A DNA stretch of 64,000 nucleotides from the human T2T-CHM13v2.0 reference genome, Homo sapiens. The DNA lies in assembly GCF_009914755.1 (NCBI RefSeq), contig NC_060927.1; one strand, given 5' to 3'. The notes under the pieces were generated by a model, which worked only from the letters and a program-made list of their open reading frames with translations, ran no database searches and had not been told where the DNA came from. The translations under genes were made by a program, and so were the position numbers. Below are positions 32,191 to 47,599 of this stretch, one piece after another. Position 1 is the first letter of the stretch; the number at the start of each line of letters is the position of its first letter.

Positions 32191-33393
32191 AAAAGGTCAG
32201 TGACACTGACACTAACCATTCATTCATCTCAGAGATGCTGTCAGAGGAGTTTTAAAGAAATAATGTGGTATCATAGCAGGAGAAAATGCTGAATCTAGCA
32301 CAAAGAAGAATACACATAAGAAGTTCAGAAATATACCACCATTCCCCAATAAAACTTAGTCAAAACGATTTCAAGCCACCTCAGAAGACAATCTGCATGT
32401 CTTTCACATTTATGTAGTTTTGAGCACTAATACAGTTTATAAAATGGCAAATGTTTTTGTAGCCTCTGATATAAGAAAGGCACTGAGAGTCTAATTTATG
32501 TTTTCCCTTGTTTAAGCCCTATGCCAATTCCTCAAAGTATTTTCAAACAACCATATTTTACGAATAAAGAAACTGAGGCTCAAGAACGTTATGTGAGCTG
32601 TTCGAGGTCATGCACTCAATCAACCATCGTGCTCAGATTCAAATATAAGTCTTTCTAACGTCATAAAGCCACTTGAGAACTACTCTAATGATAAGGAATA
32701 ACTTTCTCACTAACCCCAGGTCTCACTGCAGGAGCCAATTTATGACAAAATAAGATTTCTTGTCTTTCCCTAATAAAATTTTATTTCTTTTTATGGAACT
32801 TATAACTACATGATAATATATTTTTATTGTCTTTTTTTATCTGTTAGAATTTAAGCTGGAAAAGGTTGGGCAGCTTATTGTTGTCAAATCATATATGCAT
32901 GAATAGAAACTAAAGAAGAATATATCTCGGCAAGAAGGACTTCAGTGCTAATTAGCAAGGTAGAGACAACTTAAGATTTTACACTTGGTTTCCATTTTCA
33001 AGACAACCTTAATGCTCTGACCGATTCCGGCTTGGAAAAGCTCTGCTTTACTTGTCAGATTGAAAAAAATGTTTTCTTAAAAATACCTTTGTATGTTTTA
33101 TATTAAAATAATTGCACTAAAATTGATTAATCAGATATCAAATATCATACGTAGAATAGTAATGACATAGCATAGAGAAGACAAAAATTGGGTTTCCATA
33201 AAGATAATGAGTCATGCCATAGATTATGACCAAAAGTACACTATGGAATAGTAATTTGTCAGCATTGCATATGTTAGTAAAAAGCAAATAACTTGGGGAT
33301 GGATGATGCTACTTTTGAGGTTATGCATGAAGCTGAGGATAAACAGAGCTTTCAAGGAATGGAAATAGAGAATAAAGAAAAAGTCCATGTAGT

Positions 33394-33918
33394 TTGTAGT
33401 AGAAAGATTGTGAACATGACCAGATTCTTAACCCTTTTTATATGCACTCTATTGCAATATGAATTTGTTCCTTCTTCATTAAGAAATAAATCCATTTCCC
33501 CAATTCCTGAATTTGAGCTGGCTTTGTATCTTGCAACAGAAGTGAGGGTATATGAGTTACAAACCAAAGCCTCAGTAGGTCTTGTGTGCATTCAGTCACA
33601 CTTTTATAATGCTGCCCCTAATATGTGGACAAGCTTGGGGTGAAGGAGGAAAGACCACATGGGGCATAGTCAGCCAAAATGGCCAAGTCCAGTGTCCAGA
33701 GATGTGAAAGATTCCAATCAAGAAGACAGGAACGCCAGCCCTCGGCCAACCCATCAGTTGACCATAAATGCATAATCAAGCACAGATGAGAACAGTTGAG
33801 CCCAACCTGGAATAGAAAAATAATGGCTCAGAGAACCTACAGACTAGTAAGCTAATAAATGTTTATTGTTTAATTGTTTGTTACATAGCATTATTATTGC
33901 AATAGATAACTGGCACAA
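33394..33918 (+). mobile_element. MLT1-type MaLR LTR
   Basis: TCCATTTCCCCAATTCCTGAATTTGAGCTGGC...AATAAATGTTTATTGTT...GCAATAGATAACTGGCACA. Confidence 0.7.
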
Positions 33919-35640
33919 TAGTAAAATAGCCCTGAAAGTTGAGTTACCTTAAGTATTTTAGCTCTGTTATCAACAAATACGGTGAATATAAATGAATAAC
34001 ACAGCTTCTGTTTCTCTCTTTTCAAAATTGCAAAATAAAAGAACATGTTTTTAAGATAATTTATAAATTTTTCTTTTTTCCATATTCTAACTTTCTAGGA
34101 AATTTGAGGAAGTAGAATTTAAAAACACAATCCGTGAAATTAACTTTTTAGATATAAATATACCATGTCTCTTAAAATATTGATTAGAAACACCATTTGT
34201 TTCATTTATAATGTATCATTTACAGTGATTACTAATAAAAGCAATAAAAACTAAAACCCTTGTAACTGGAAGATATTTGCCAACAACAACAACAACAACA
34301 AAAAAGCAAATGAGCTGTTTGTTCAGCCCCTGGAAGAACAAAATCAAACTAAAACATTGGAAGTACATAAAAATGCTTATGCATGAAAAAGTTTGGTATC
34401 CAGGCAAAAGATATCAAAGCCTCAAAGGATTCTAGAAATATATTTGTCTCTCTGAGACAGTAAACAAATATATTCAATTTCAGAAAAACAAATTACTGGA
34501 CTTCTAAAGAATGGTGAAGATTCTTACGTTGTTAGTAGGTACGACATTAACATAATGTCTTTCTGGCTTTTTAATCGAAGGAATCTGTATCTCTTAAAGT
34601 AAGCGAATAATAATGCATATTTATCCAAGTCACTTATATTTTTAATTCTAAATTCACAACAGCCTCTAAGCCTTCATTCTTAGTAAAAGACATAGACCCA
34701 GAAAAATTATAACATAGGTAATGTTGATTTCCTCTGTGGGCTTTCACTTAAGTTAAGTGGCTGACTAGCTGATTTTATTGATAAAATGATTTAAGGACAA
34801 GGATTGCTGGGCAATAGATCTATTCCTTTATGATAAGGTTTTAACATTTTAACAAGGCGTCCCAGGATCTGAACCCAAAGGAATAAAAGTTGTGGGATAA
34901 ATCAGCGAGAATGACATTCCACAGTGACACTGTTGCCTGCTCGTTTTACACCATCATGAGTCTCACTATATAGAAACATTTATGTGGGGAAAATAACACG
35001 AATAGAAACAAATGAAATTGTTTTTTACATTATCATGTTTATTGATTACATGATTTGGGAACGTTTTCCCCAGGAGAAATATACGCACACACACATGTAT
35101 ACATTTTTAAGAAGCAATAGGGGAAAGAAATTATCAAATGGCCTTAATCTGTAAACCCATCTAATATGAAGTTCAGAGGTACATCAGATTTCAATCTTTG
35201 GATTTGTCAGTGCTTCCACAATGTCATGGTCTTAACTTTGTATCCTTGGGGTCATTAATTCCAAAAATTGGGTCCCCTGTTGCTCAAAACTTACTGCATT
35301 GGCAAGTGAGACTTGATACTTTCTTACTTCCCTCTGAGTGGGCATAGGTCAGGTGTTCATCCAGGAATCAATAATTTTGGCCAAGTGAGTGACACATGCT
35401 AATTGACTTAAGCGTAGGCTTCTGAATCTATTATTGTCAAAGTGATTGGAATTCCTGTGGTTAGTTTGGTCATGACAAATCTCAGGACCTGGTGGGTGGT
35501 ATCTTTTCTTGATAAGCATGAACTGCATGAAAAAATAAAAGTAGACAATTGAACAAAATTTAAGCTCTATCATGAAGCAGAAAGGTAAAGATGGATGATG
35601 GACAGACAAACAACCACGACCACTAAAGACATTTACTTTA

Positions 35641-35960
<320 letters not shown>

Positions 35961-38895
35961 GATAGATATTTATTTTAGAGTGTCTGAGAAAAGACAGTGT
36001 AAGTGTTTTCAAATATTAATGGGCTACAAACTGAAAATGGATTTAGTTGTTACAGCTGTTAGGACAAAACTAAGAGCAATGTGAGGAAGACGTGAGAGGT
36101 GAGCTTTAGCTTACAATTACACTTTCAACAAGGAAATCTGAAATATTGTGACTAGAGAAAATATTTTTAGCTGGAAAAGTTCCAGTAGAAATTGGAGGAG
36201 TACTTGTCCAATTGGTGACAGAGTGAATTTCTGCACTGAGTCCAGAGGCATCATATAAACTGATTCTGACTGCAATGTGAGTTATGTTTTACACACGTTC
36301 TAATTGAAATTGTATATAGTTCTCATAATTATTTTGGTATCTTTTAATAAACAATTACCATTTACTTCAATGTGATTTGTTTATTGATTACTTAGTCTTC
36401 AGGCCAATGATTTGTAAGAGATGACCAATTCCTTTTAAATGACATAAATGTTCTTATTTTTTCTAGCAGGAGATTTTGTGTGTGTGTGTCTGTGTGTGTG
36501 TGTGTGTGTGTGTGTCTTGTGTGTGTGTTTTCTTACAGTACACAGTTGGTTTTCTTTAATATGAGGGATCTTCTTTATTTTTTCATACTTAATGTTGTAA
36601 AAGTTGCACTGTGAAGATAAAAATGATTCAAGGAACAACACTGCAGTGTCAGTACTTTTGTTTTTATTTGTTTTATCATATCTTTTTAGCCTCCAAATGA
36701 GTAGTGAAACACATTGACAGAAATGAGATAAACCATGAAATTTACTTCACCACTGAAAGGAGGATGGGATTCTTTAATTATGCCATATGAAGGTATATTA
36801 GAAATATGATATCATTGGAATAAGCGTCTCCTTAGATGCATTTGGTACATATGCTATCAGATGAGATGCAAAATGCTCACATCTCCTCATTATAAAAGAT
36901 TTCACTAATAGTTGCTTACTGTATTCAAATGCAGTTATAATCAATTAAATCAATATTTTGAAATGCATTTTGTGGAAGTTTGATTGTCTGTGAATATCTT
37001 ACTGTTCATTTCTTCCCTTACATATGTAAGGTGTCAACCTGGCTTTGTATAATGTGTACTGCCTCTTTCTGGAGCTCATATTCTTAAAAAAATACGGAAA
37101 TTCCCTTTCCTGAACATCATAATTTGACATGTAAGTTCAAAATAATGTACAGAAAATGTATGAAAGAGGAAATAAAATTATTAAATCAAAGAAAAAGAAT
37201 TTTAAATAATTCTTATTTCTGTGTGAGATAAATATTTGTCCTAAGAATGAAGAGAAGTGAACCAGAGTACCTATGTTATGACTAATGCTTAAACGCTCTG
37301 GGTATTCATATAAGCATATGCCTATAATCAAGCAGGCATCTTATTAATTAATTAAAATTTTAATTATAAATAATTTTGTTATGTAAATACACAATTGTAA
37401 AATGCATATAATAACTTGTTTTAAATTGTATTTTGAATAGGAGCTGTGCCTAAGTGCTGGCTTTAGTCTTAACTGGCTATGTGAACAAGGGCAAACCTTA
37501 TATCCATGTGGTCCACAGATCTTCAGTGTGTAAGGAGATTATTCAAATTATCTCTATGGTCTCTACTAGGTTTTTAATCAGAAACATTTGTAATTAATCT
37601 TAATAAAAATATTATGATTAAAAACAATAGGTTATAGCTATGATACTGCTTAATTGGCTACTAATGCAAGTTGGTGCACTACAGTTCTCCAAGGAATGCT
37701 CTGGTTAGTGGTCAGATATAGTTTAATTTATCTTTTAAATTTTCATATTAGGTGTCTTTTTAAAGAAAGAAGTTTGGAATATCTTTGATATTTTTAAAAA
37801 TTGTGTTACTAGTAGTAAAAATAATTACAATAATAAAAACAAGCATAAAGATCTACAAATAGTTTCAAAACTAATAATGTCTTAAATACACACCTACTAC
37901 AGATGTTAAAGGAAATGTTTCTATCATTTTTACAATTAGGCACACCATTTGCTCTAAATTTTAAAATATGAATTCTCAAAAATTTAGAAAATTTTTATCA
38001 TGAATAATTTGAAGTGTAAACGAACTACAGAGTAATATTGAATGTAGTTATACACACATTACCTTGATTTAACAGTTATCAAATGTTGACACGTTGTTTT
38101 GTCTCTCCCTCCTAGTCTTTCCCCCTTCTTGGCTGAAATATTTTAAAGCAGATGCTAGGCCTCAGGTCATTTACCTTCTCAAACTGTTATATGTATTTCT
38201 AAAATATATGGACATTTTTCCAATGACCAAAATGCTATTATCATCTGTTAAAAAATTAGCAATTATTACTTGGTATTATTGAGATCTCATCTTATGTTTA
38301 AATTTTCCTTATTGTGTCAAAATATTATTTTTACAGATGGTTTCCTGCAATTAAGCCTCAAACAAATTGCGCATTTCTCCCTCAAATTTTATGACATTGT
38401 GGTATTGAATAAACCAGTCAGTTTTCCTGTGTTCTAGATTTGTCAACTTGTTCTTTAATGGTATTGTGTAACTTTTCCTCTCTAGTTTCATGGATCCTAT
38501 AAACTGGAAATTCATTCTTAGTTCTATGTTTTTTATCTTTGGACAAGAGCATTAATCTACTGTGACTTTTCTCAGCAATGTTTTGTAACATTTTATACAT
38601 AAATTTACAAAATTTTTTCTCATTTATCTCTAATTTTATGTGATTTTTGTTTTGTAATTTAATGGTTAGAGACTGCAAATTAGAGTGTGTTTATGTGTCT
38701 GCACATGTGTGCACACACATTTAGTTTGTTAATATCTTGTTTAGACTCAGTAAGATTAGCTGGCAATTTTTTTTCTTACATTGTCTATGTTAGTATCAAT
38801 ACAATGCTGACATAGCAAATTAGTTTGAAAGAATTTTCTCTGCTATTCTTTATCTCATTATTTTGTTTTGAAGTCAATAGACATGGCAATGTTTC

Positions 38896-39432
38896 TTTTT
38901 TTCACTTTTTTTTAAATTATACTTTAAGTTCTAGTGTACATGCGCACAACGTGCAGGTTTGTTACATATGTATACATGTGCCATGTTGGTGTGCTGCACC
39001 CATTAATTCGTCATTTACATTAGGTATATCTCCTAATGCTATCCCTCCACGCTCCCCCCACCCCACGACAGGCCCCCGTGTGTGATGTTCCTCTTCCTAT
39101 GTCCAAGTATTCTCATTGTTCAATTCCCACCTATGAGTGAGAACAAGCGGTGTTTGGTTTTCTGTCCTTGTGATAGTTTGCTGAGAATGATAGTTTCCAG
39201 CTTCATCCATGTCCCTACAAAGGACATGAACTCATCAATTTTTATGGCTGCATAGTATTCCATGGTGTATATGTGCCACATTTTCTTAATTCAGTCTATC
39301 ATTGATGGACATTTGGGTTGGTTCCAAGTCTTTGCTATTGTGAATAGTGCCACAATAAACATACGTGTGCGTGTGTCTTTATAGCAGCATGATTTATAAT
39401 CCTTTGGGTATATACCCAGTAATGGGATGGCT
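38896..39432 (-). mobile_element. 5'-truncated L1PA (PA4/PA5-like) 3' end
   Basis: Parallels 5385-5902 of the L1HS but has older states (minus strand: GTAAATGACG, TAGAACTTAAAG). Confidence 0.9.
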
Positions 39433-39499
39433 TAGAACTTACTCATGTAAGTCTCAATAACTATTATTGTGTGTTTCTTCTTCCTTTGCTTTTGCTTAA

Positions 39500-42030
39500 A
39501 AAAAAAATGGGTGGATCACAAATATTGCTCAAATGCCTTTAATGATTATAATCTGTCCAGGATTTCTATTTCTTCTCTTGTTAGTTTTAGTGAGTTATAC
39601 TTTATCCAGGTAATTTTATATGTGGTTTGATATTTAAAATTTAATATAATAAAATTATTTAAATATCAACAGATGACTTTTTAATCATGACTTTTTTGTA
39701 ATTATTGACACATTCAATTATTAATTTTTACTTCTCTACTTTTTAAGTAATCCCAGAAGTCTGTTTCATTAGATTTTTCAAAATACAAGTTGGTTTGCAA
39801 ATCTTCCCTGTTTTTTTCCTTGAAATGTCTTTTCTCATGTTTGTTGTTATTTGTGTTTTGTACACTCAACTGGAGTGAGATGCTCAGCTCTTTCATGTTT
39901 AGCCTTTCTTGTGGTCAGATATAAGTGTTTAATGCTACGTATTTCAAAAAGTACACTGCTTAAGGTGCATGCTACAAGTAGATAAATTGTATTTTCATTA
40001 GTTCTTACTCTTCAGCGCTGAAGAGCTCTCCTTGATGTGATTCTATTTCAACCTTTGTGTTGTTTACAATTCTGTTTTTAATTTGAAAACAATTAATATA
40101 ATACATATTTTTCTATTGTTTTTCATCTAATTAATGTTTAGATAAATATGATTGATACCAATTCACTGAAATTTGTCAAAAAGTTATTTATTGAGTAATG
40201 CATAATTTATTTTTGACAAATAATTCTTAAAAACTTTATATGAATAAAGTGTATTTTTCCTTAAGTTTTGACCTCTATAATTATAATTAAAATGTGTTTA
40301 ACTACCTCTTACTATGATCATGGATCTGTCCAGTTTTCTCATAATTTTGTGAAAACTTCTGACAAAGATATAAGATAAACATATTTAGAACTACTGTCTT
40401 TCTAGTTAATTGTAAATTCATCATCATAACAATATGACACTATATCTAATAATGGTTTTTTGTATGAATTCATTTTCATTATATGTAAGATTATACATAT
40501 ACATAGCACATATTATTGTATATACAATACACACAGTTTTTTGTTTGTTTGTTTAGTTTTCCTGGTATATCTCTGTTCCTTCTGTTACCTTTGCTAATCT
40601 TTATCTTCTTTACATTGCATTTCACTTCTGAACACCATGTAATTCAAAACGTCCTTTTAAAGACAAATTTGACAATCTTTGTCTTTTAACTGGAAAAATC
40701 AGCACATTATGTTTTTTATTATTACTGATATGTTTAAATTTATCTCACCAACTATTTTTAAGATTTTAATGTAGTCCTTCTTTTGTATAACTTTTTCACT
40801 TTTATTATTTTTGAAATTCTAGCTTATTTTAAGTATATTATTCCTGAAATGTTCAAAATATATATCTATTCTAAGTCTTTTCAAATACTTTATTGTAAAT
40901 TTTCTCTTTTTGTCTTAACTAACATTAAAAGTCATCAATATAACAGGTCTCCTTCTGTACAATATAAAAAAACCCTCTTATTTAACAGATCATTCCACAA
41001 CATTGTCCAGTATTTCTAGAATCATCTAAAATGTTTACTTCATAAATTAGCATTGCCAAGTATTATTTTTATTCATTAAATATGAGTTGGTTTTACCCAA
41101 AAGTTTTTCAGGTTTTATGGCACTATATCTTTCTTTATCTAGCTTCAATGTTCTTCTTAAAGTATCTTAACGTATATGTACTTCATAAAGTATATGTTTT
41201 AGGGAATCTTTGAGTTGGCAACTAATATCTAAAATCTTAATCTCTCACACACATATACACATCTCTTATCTAGTTTGGTCTGAAAATATCTTAATAGTGC
41301 TATAGTTTTTTTAATAACCTAATCTTGGTATACAAGTCCAGACTGACATGAATTCCAGTTTATAATGTTGAAAGTATTATAACGTAGGCTTTTTGATTAT
41401 TGTTGCTGTTGATAAATCTCCTATTTTGATTGCTGATTCTGTATAAATATCTCTCTTCCTTGGTTGTTTAGAGTATTTTTCTTTGTTTTTCACTCTGCAG
41501 TTTTACCTCATTATTAAAATAATATAGAACTTGTTATTTTTGTATTAACTTGCAATTCCTTGATAACTTATGATATCAAGCATTTTTTGAAATGCTTATT
41601 TGTCATATATGTATCTCTTTTGGTGAGGTGTCTCTTCAGACCTGTGTCCAATTTTTAATTGTGTTATTTATTTTCTTAAGTTTTAAAAGTAATTTCTATA
41701 TTTTGGAGACTAGTCAATCCATTAGCAAATATGACTTTTGCAAATAATATCTCCAAATGATTCTCTTTCATTTTCTTTTTTTTTTTTTTTTTTTTTTTTA
41801 CATAGTAGAGGTTTTACCTTTTAATGATATCCAACTTACTATTTCTTTTTTCTCCTGGTATTTATCTAAAATGTCACTGCCAAAACTCAATATCACATAG
41901 ATTTTGTCTAATGCTATCTTCTAAGAGTTTTATAATTTTGCATTTTACAGTAGGTCTATGACCCATTTTATATTTTTTAATGAAAGGTAGGAAAAAATCT
42001 GTGTCTAGCTTCTTTCTTTTTTTTGGCAAG
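39500..42030 (-). mobile_element. Highly degraded L1M fragments
   Basis: T-rich ORF2-antisense phrases, e.g. TTTGACAATCTTTGTCTTTTAACTGG; TTTGGTGAGGTGTCTCTTCAGA; GGTCTATGACCCATTTT. Confidence 0.6.
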
Positions 42031-43335
42031 ACATATTTTAAAAATACTGATACATTCATTATCATTACTATTCCTCACTTCTCTGTCTTTTAACTGTCTT
42101 TCTCATAAGCACAGACATACAGGTACATACAACTCTTCATTGGTTGGATTTCATAGTATTCCACTATAAATACATCTACCTCCACTCTACTTTTGTGCAT
42201 CATTTATATTGGTCTTCATTTCTTTCTTGTAAACATACATATTGCTGTCTGCTCTAAGTCCTTTTTCTTTCACTTTAAATATTTTCTCCAAATCGCCTCC
42301 TTTGGCTGGTTAAATCTTTGGGAGTAGCATGATTCGTTTTCATGGAAGATTTTCTTCAGTTTTCTGTTACTGAAGCCATCATAGCAATTATAGACCATCT
42401 AGTATTTTTGTACATATTAGTCTGTAATACTAGATTTGATCTATTTAGCAGAATAAATGTTGACATTCTTATTCTATCATTAATAATAATTCTTAGTTCA
42501 GTGTCCTGTATGTAGAAAACATTTGATATATACATATTACATATAATTAAATTGTGCTACATTTTAATTTGTTTTGTAAATAAATGGCTGACAGTTTCTA
42601 TAAGGATGTTTCTTATTTTCTCCAATATTTATCTTTTTGAATTTAGAAGAAAATTAAAAGAAGAGTTCAATTAACCTAGGTTCAAAAAAAAGTTAACATT
42701 TTTCAGCTTCATTGGGTTTTGAATAATACAAAGATGGTCAATATTTTGCTGGAATGACTATTGTATTCCATGAGACTAAAGATTCTTGCTATTATCACCA
42801 AATTAGATTACAAACACATACAGGAATTATGGGCTTATGAACTCTGGACTTATTGGCATGTCTGTGGAATTGTGGTTAATATTGGGTAAAAGTAAAGTCT
42901 GGTTACTAGTTAGTACTATAGTCTCACTTAACACTAATTAGTGAAGAAATACATATCTGAAATCTCCATTTTATATACAAAAATTCATTTTGCAAGAGGA
43001 TTATTTCATTTTTGGTAACTCCAATGAAGAAAACTTAAAGACGATAGCTGAAAAAAGGGATTAAAATGATCATAATAGATTAGTGTTGTGAAGGACAGAC
43101 AAAAATCAGAACAAGTAGGGTATTAGTTGGAATAGGAGGAAGTATCAAAATAGCTCTGTGCCTGTATGGTTCTCTTAAAACCGAGCTTCAGTGCTGAGTT
43201 GTATTATTCAGCTGAAGCCATGAATTGCGATAATCATTTCTTCCTTTTCTGAATTGCTAGATACAAACTGTTTTTCATCTGCAAAAAAATTCCATCTTTT
43301 TTATTTTTCAATTAAGTGAATATCCACTACCTCCA

Positions 43336-43770
43336 TGTATTAGTCAGTGTTCTCTAGAGGGACAGACTAGTAGGATAGATATATAAAGGAGTTTATTAAA
43401 TATTAACTTACACAATCACAAGTTTCCATAATAGGCTGTCTGCAAGCTTGAGAAGCAAAGAGAGCTAATCCAAGTTTCAAAACTGAAGAACTTAGAGTCC
43501 AGTGTTTGAGGACAGGAAGCATCCAGCACGAGAGGAAGATGTAGGCTGGGAGATAGGCCAGTCTCACCTTTTCACATTTCTCTGCCTGCTTAATATTCAC
43601 TTAATTCACCACTGATTAGATGGTGCCCACCAGATTAAGGGTGTGTCTGACTTTTTCAGCCCACTGAATCAAATGTTAATCTCTTTTGGCAACAACCTCA
43701 CAGACACACCCGGGATCAATATTTGCATCCTTCAACCCAATCAAGTTAACACTCAGTATTAACTATCACA
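43336..43770 (-). repeat. MLT2A 3' LTR
   Basis: Minus strand TGTGATAGTTAATACTGAG...CTAATACA. Confidence 0.93.
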
Positions 43771-44249
43771 AGCCCACCCCTTGTCAACTTGAACCCATAC
43801 ATATATCCTGAGATCACACATAATATTTAAATAAAGATGATAATAAAGTCATAAGCATGCCTAACATAATACAACTATTCTTCATACAACAGGAAATGCA
43901 GTAATCCCCAACCCAAATGCTATTACATAAAGTTAACCATACTTAAATGCAGATATGAAATCAATAAATCTGATGACACATGATAAAGGAGAAAGGAAAT
44001 AAAATGAAGATATTTTCTCAGTACAACTGTATACATGCAGAAAACATGTTTTTAACAAAAAAAAAAGGAGGAAATACCCATGACAGTTACAATCCTCATA
44101 TCTGCAGCTGGTCACATGGTTGTAACTGGTACTGATGATGACCTTCTTCTACTACCAATTTTGTATTCCCTTTGCTTTAAGCAAGCACCTCAGCAGGTCA
44201 TGTTTCGTTTGTTTGTTTGTTTTCCTGGTGGTCCAAACCTTAATTCCTG

Positions 44250-47200
44250 AGGGGTCTGGACCATTTGTAGTCCTGCCTGGAGTGGGCTGTTGAGGTTTCC
44301 CATTGACCTTAATCACAGGGCATGTTATGGATCTATGCCCTGATGCAACTCCTGTATTTCATGCCTACTCTTCCTTACCTCCATTATGGACTAGTCGACT
44401 GATTTCATCTTGATAATCTGGGTCAATCACCCCACCCCAGCCAACACTGTAACTTCCTTCTTATCATGTTGACTTAAAGGGAGGAGGAGCCCAAAGTGTC
44501 CAGTTGGCAATCTTAACTTCCAGTCTAATGGGATCATCATTGTATCTCTGAGTGGCAGTACTTCTCACTCTAGGCTTCTAGGCCTGCAGAACATAATGTC
44601 ACAGGAACAGGAAGCAAAAATTTTGCTAGTGGATCACTAGGGGTGATGGTGAGTGGTGACACTTCCACTTCCACCCCTTGATTCCAGGATCTGTGAATTC
44701 TGGCTATGGGAGAAAAGGTACCATATATCAGACACTGATTCAGAGCATCCACAGCTTTCTGGAGAACTTTTCCCCAGCCTTGCAAAGTATTGTCAACCAA
44801 TTGGGATTGTAATTGTGACTTCAAAAGGCCATTCCACTGTTCTGTCAATCCAGCTGCTTCAGGATTATGGGGAACATGGTAATAGCAGTGAATTTCATGA
44901 GCATTAGCCCACTACTGCACTTCTTTAGCCATAAAGTGATTGCCTTGGTCAGAGACAATGCTGTGTGGAATACCATGATGGTGGATAAGGCATTCTGTGA
45001 GTCCACAGATGGTAGTCTTGGCAGAAGCATTGCATGCAGGATAGGCAATCCCATATCCACAGTAAGTGTCTATTCTAGTGAGGACAAACCTCTGCTCTTT
45101 CCATGATGGAAGAGGTCCAATATAATCAAGCTGCCACCGAGTAGCAGGCTGATCAACCCGAGGAACAGTGTCATATGGAGGGCTCAGTGTTGGTCTCTGC
45201 TGCTGGCATATTGAACACTCAACAGTGGCCATAGCCAGGCCAGCCTTGGTGAGTGGGAGTCCATGTTGCTGAGCCCATGTGTAACCTCCATCCCTGCCAC
45301 CACGGCCACTTTGTTCATGGGCCCATTGGGTGATGCAGGGGTGGCTGGGGATAGAGGTTGAGTGGTGTCCACAGAACAGGTCATCCCATTCCCTTGATTA
45401 TTAAAATCCTCCTCTGCTGAGGTCACCTGTTGGTGAGCACTCACATGGGATACAAATATACAGTTTTTGACCACTCAGAGAGGTCTATCCACATACTTCT
45501 TCCCCAAATTTCTTTGTACCAATTTTCCAAAAATGCTTCTTCCAAGTCCCTGACCATCCAGCCAAACCATGAGCTACAGCCCATGAATCAGAATATAATC
45601 GCACATCTGGCCATTTCTCCTTCCATGCAAAGTGCACTACCAGGTGAACTGCTCAAAGTTCTGCCCACAAGGAAGATTTCCCTTCACCTCTGTCCTTCAG
45701 GGATGTCCAAAAAATAGGCTATAGTGCTGCAGCTGTCCATTTTTGTCTGGTATCTGCATATTGTGCAGGACCATCTGTGAACCAGGCCCTAATCTTTTCA
45801 TCCTCTGTCATCTGATCATAGGGAACTCCCCATGAGGCCACTGGTGCAGGCTGGGAAAGAAAAGGCAGGGTGGAAGGAGTAGAGACCATGGACATTTGAA
45901 CCACTTCCTCATGTAACTTACTTGTGCCTTCAGGATCTGCTTGAGCCCAATCGCATATATACCACTTCCATCTGATGATGGAATGCTGCTGTGCACAACT
46001 CACTTTATGACTAAATGGGAAAGAAAGCACCCAGTTCATGACAGACAGTTCAGGTTGCATGGTTACTTGATCACCCAAAGGATAACATTCAATTTCTACC
46101 AAAGCCCAGTAACAGGCCAAAAGCTGTCTCTTAAAAGGAGAGTAGTTATCTGCAGAAGATGGCAGAACCTTGCTCCAAAATCCTAGAGGCCTCTGCTGTG
46201 ATTCACCTATACGGACCTACCAAAGGCTCCAAACAGCATCCCTATCTGCCACTGACACCTCAGGCACAATTGGATCTGCTGGGTCTTATGGCCCAACTGT
46301 CAGAGCAGCTTGCACAGCAGCCTTGACCTGTAGCAGAGCCTTCTCCTGTTCTGGACCCCACTCAAAACTGGCAGCCTTTTGAGTCACTTGATAAATGGGC
46401 CAGAGTAACATACCCAAATGAGGGATGTGTTGCCTCCAAAACCCAAATAGGTCCACTAGGCATTGTGCCTTTTTCTTGGTTGCAGGGGGTGCCAAATGCA
46501 GCAACTTATCCTTCATCTTAGAAGGAATGTCTTGACAGACCACACACAACTGGACCCCTGGAAATTTTACTGAGGTAGAAGTTCCCTGAATTTTAGTTGA
46601 TTTTATTTCCCATCTTCTGGCATGCAAATGTCTCACCAATAAGTCCAGTGTGTTTGCTGCTTCTTGCTCAGTGGATCCAGTCAGCATAATGTCATCAGTG
46701 TAATGGACCAGTGTGATATCTTGTGGAAGCTAAAAGTGATCAAGGTTTCTCTGAATAAGATTATTACACAAAGCCAGAGAGTTGATATACCCCTGAGGTA
46801 GGACTGTAAACATACATTGCTGGCTTTGCCAGCTGAAGGCAGATTGCTTCTGGAAAGCCTTATGGACATGAATGGAAAAAAAGCATTTGCCAAGTCAATG
46901 GCTGCATACCAGGTATGAGGAGGTGTGTTGATTTGCTCAAGCAATGAAGCCACATCTGGTACAGCAGCTGCAATTGGAGTCAACACTTGGTTAAGCTTAC
47001 GATAATCCACTGTCATTTTCCAAGATCCATCTGTCTTCTGCACAGGCCAAATGGGAGAGTTAAATGGGGATGTGGTGGGAATCACACCTCAATGTCTTTC
47101 AAATCCTTGATGGCGGCACTCATCTCCACAATTCCTCCAGGGATGCAATATTGTTTTTGATTTACTATTTTTCAAGCTCTAATGGTTTCCGTTGACCTTT

Positions 47201-47480
47201 CCCACCACAATAACCTTCACCCTATCAGGCAGGGAGCCAACGTGGGGGTTCTGCCAGCTGCTACATATGTCTGTGCCAATTTTGCATTCTGGCACTGGGG
47301 AAATGACCACAGGATGAGTCCGGGGACCCACTCAATCCACTGTAAGTCAGACCTCAGCTAAAACTCCATTAATTACCTGACCTTCATAAGCCCCTACTTT
47401 AACTGGAGGACCACAATAACGTTTTGGGTCCCCTGGAATCAGCATCAGCTCAGAGACAGTGTTCAGTAGTCCCTAAAATA
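44250..47480 (-). pseudogene. pol: HERV-L pro-pol (RT, RNase H, integrase) and dUTPase, frameshifted
   Basis: ORF fragments [79 protein letters not shown] in shifting frames. Confidence 0.9.
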
Positions 47481-47599
47481 TCTGACCATTTCCCTTTCCC
47501 CAATGCACAGTTACCCTGGTAAAAGGCCGGAGGTCTCCTTGGGGAAGGATGAGAGAAAGATTCACTGCATACATTGTTGGTAATGTAGTGGGGTCTTCC

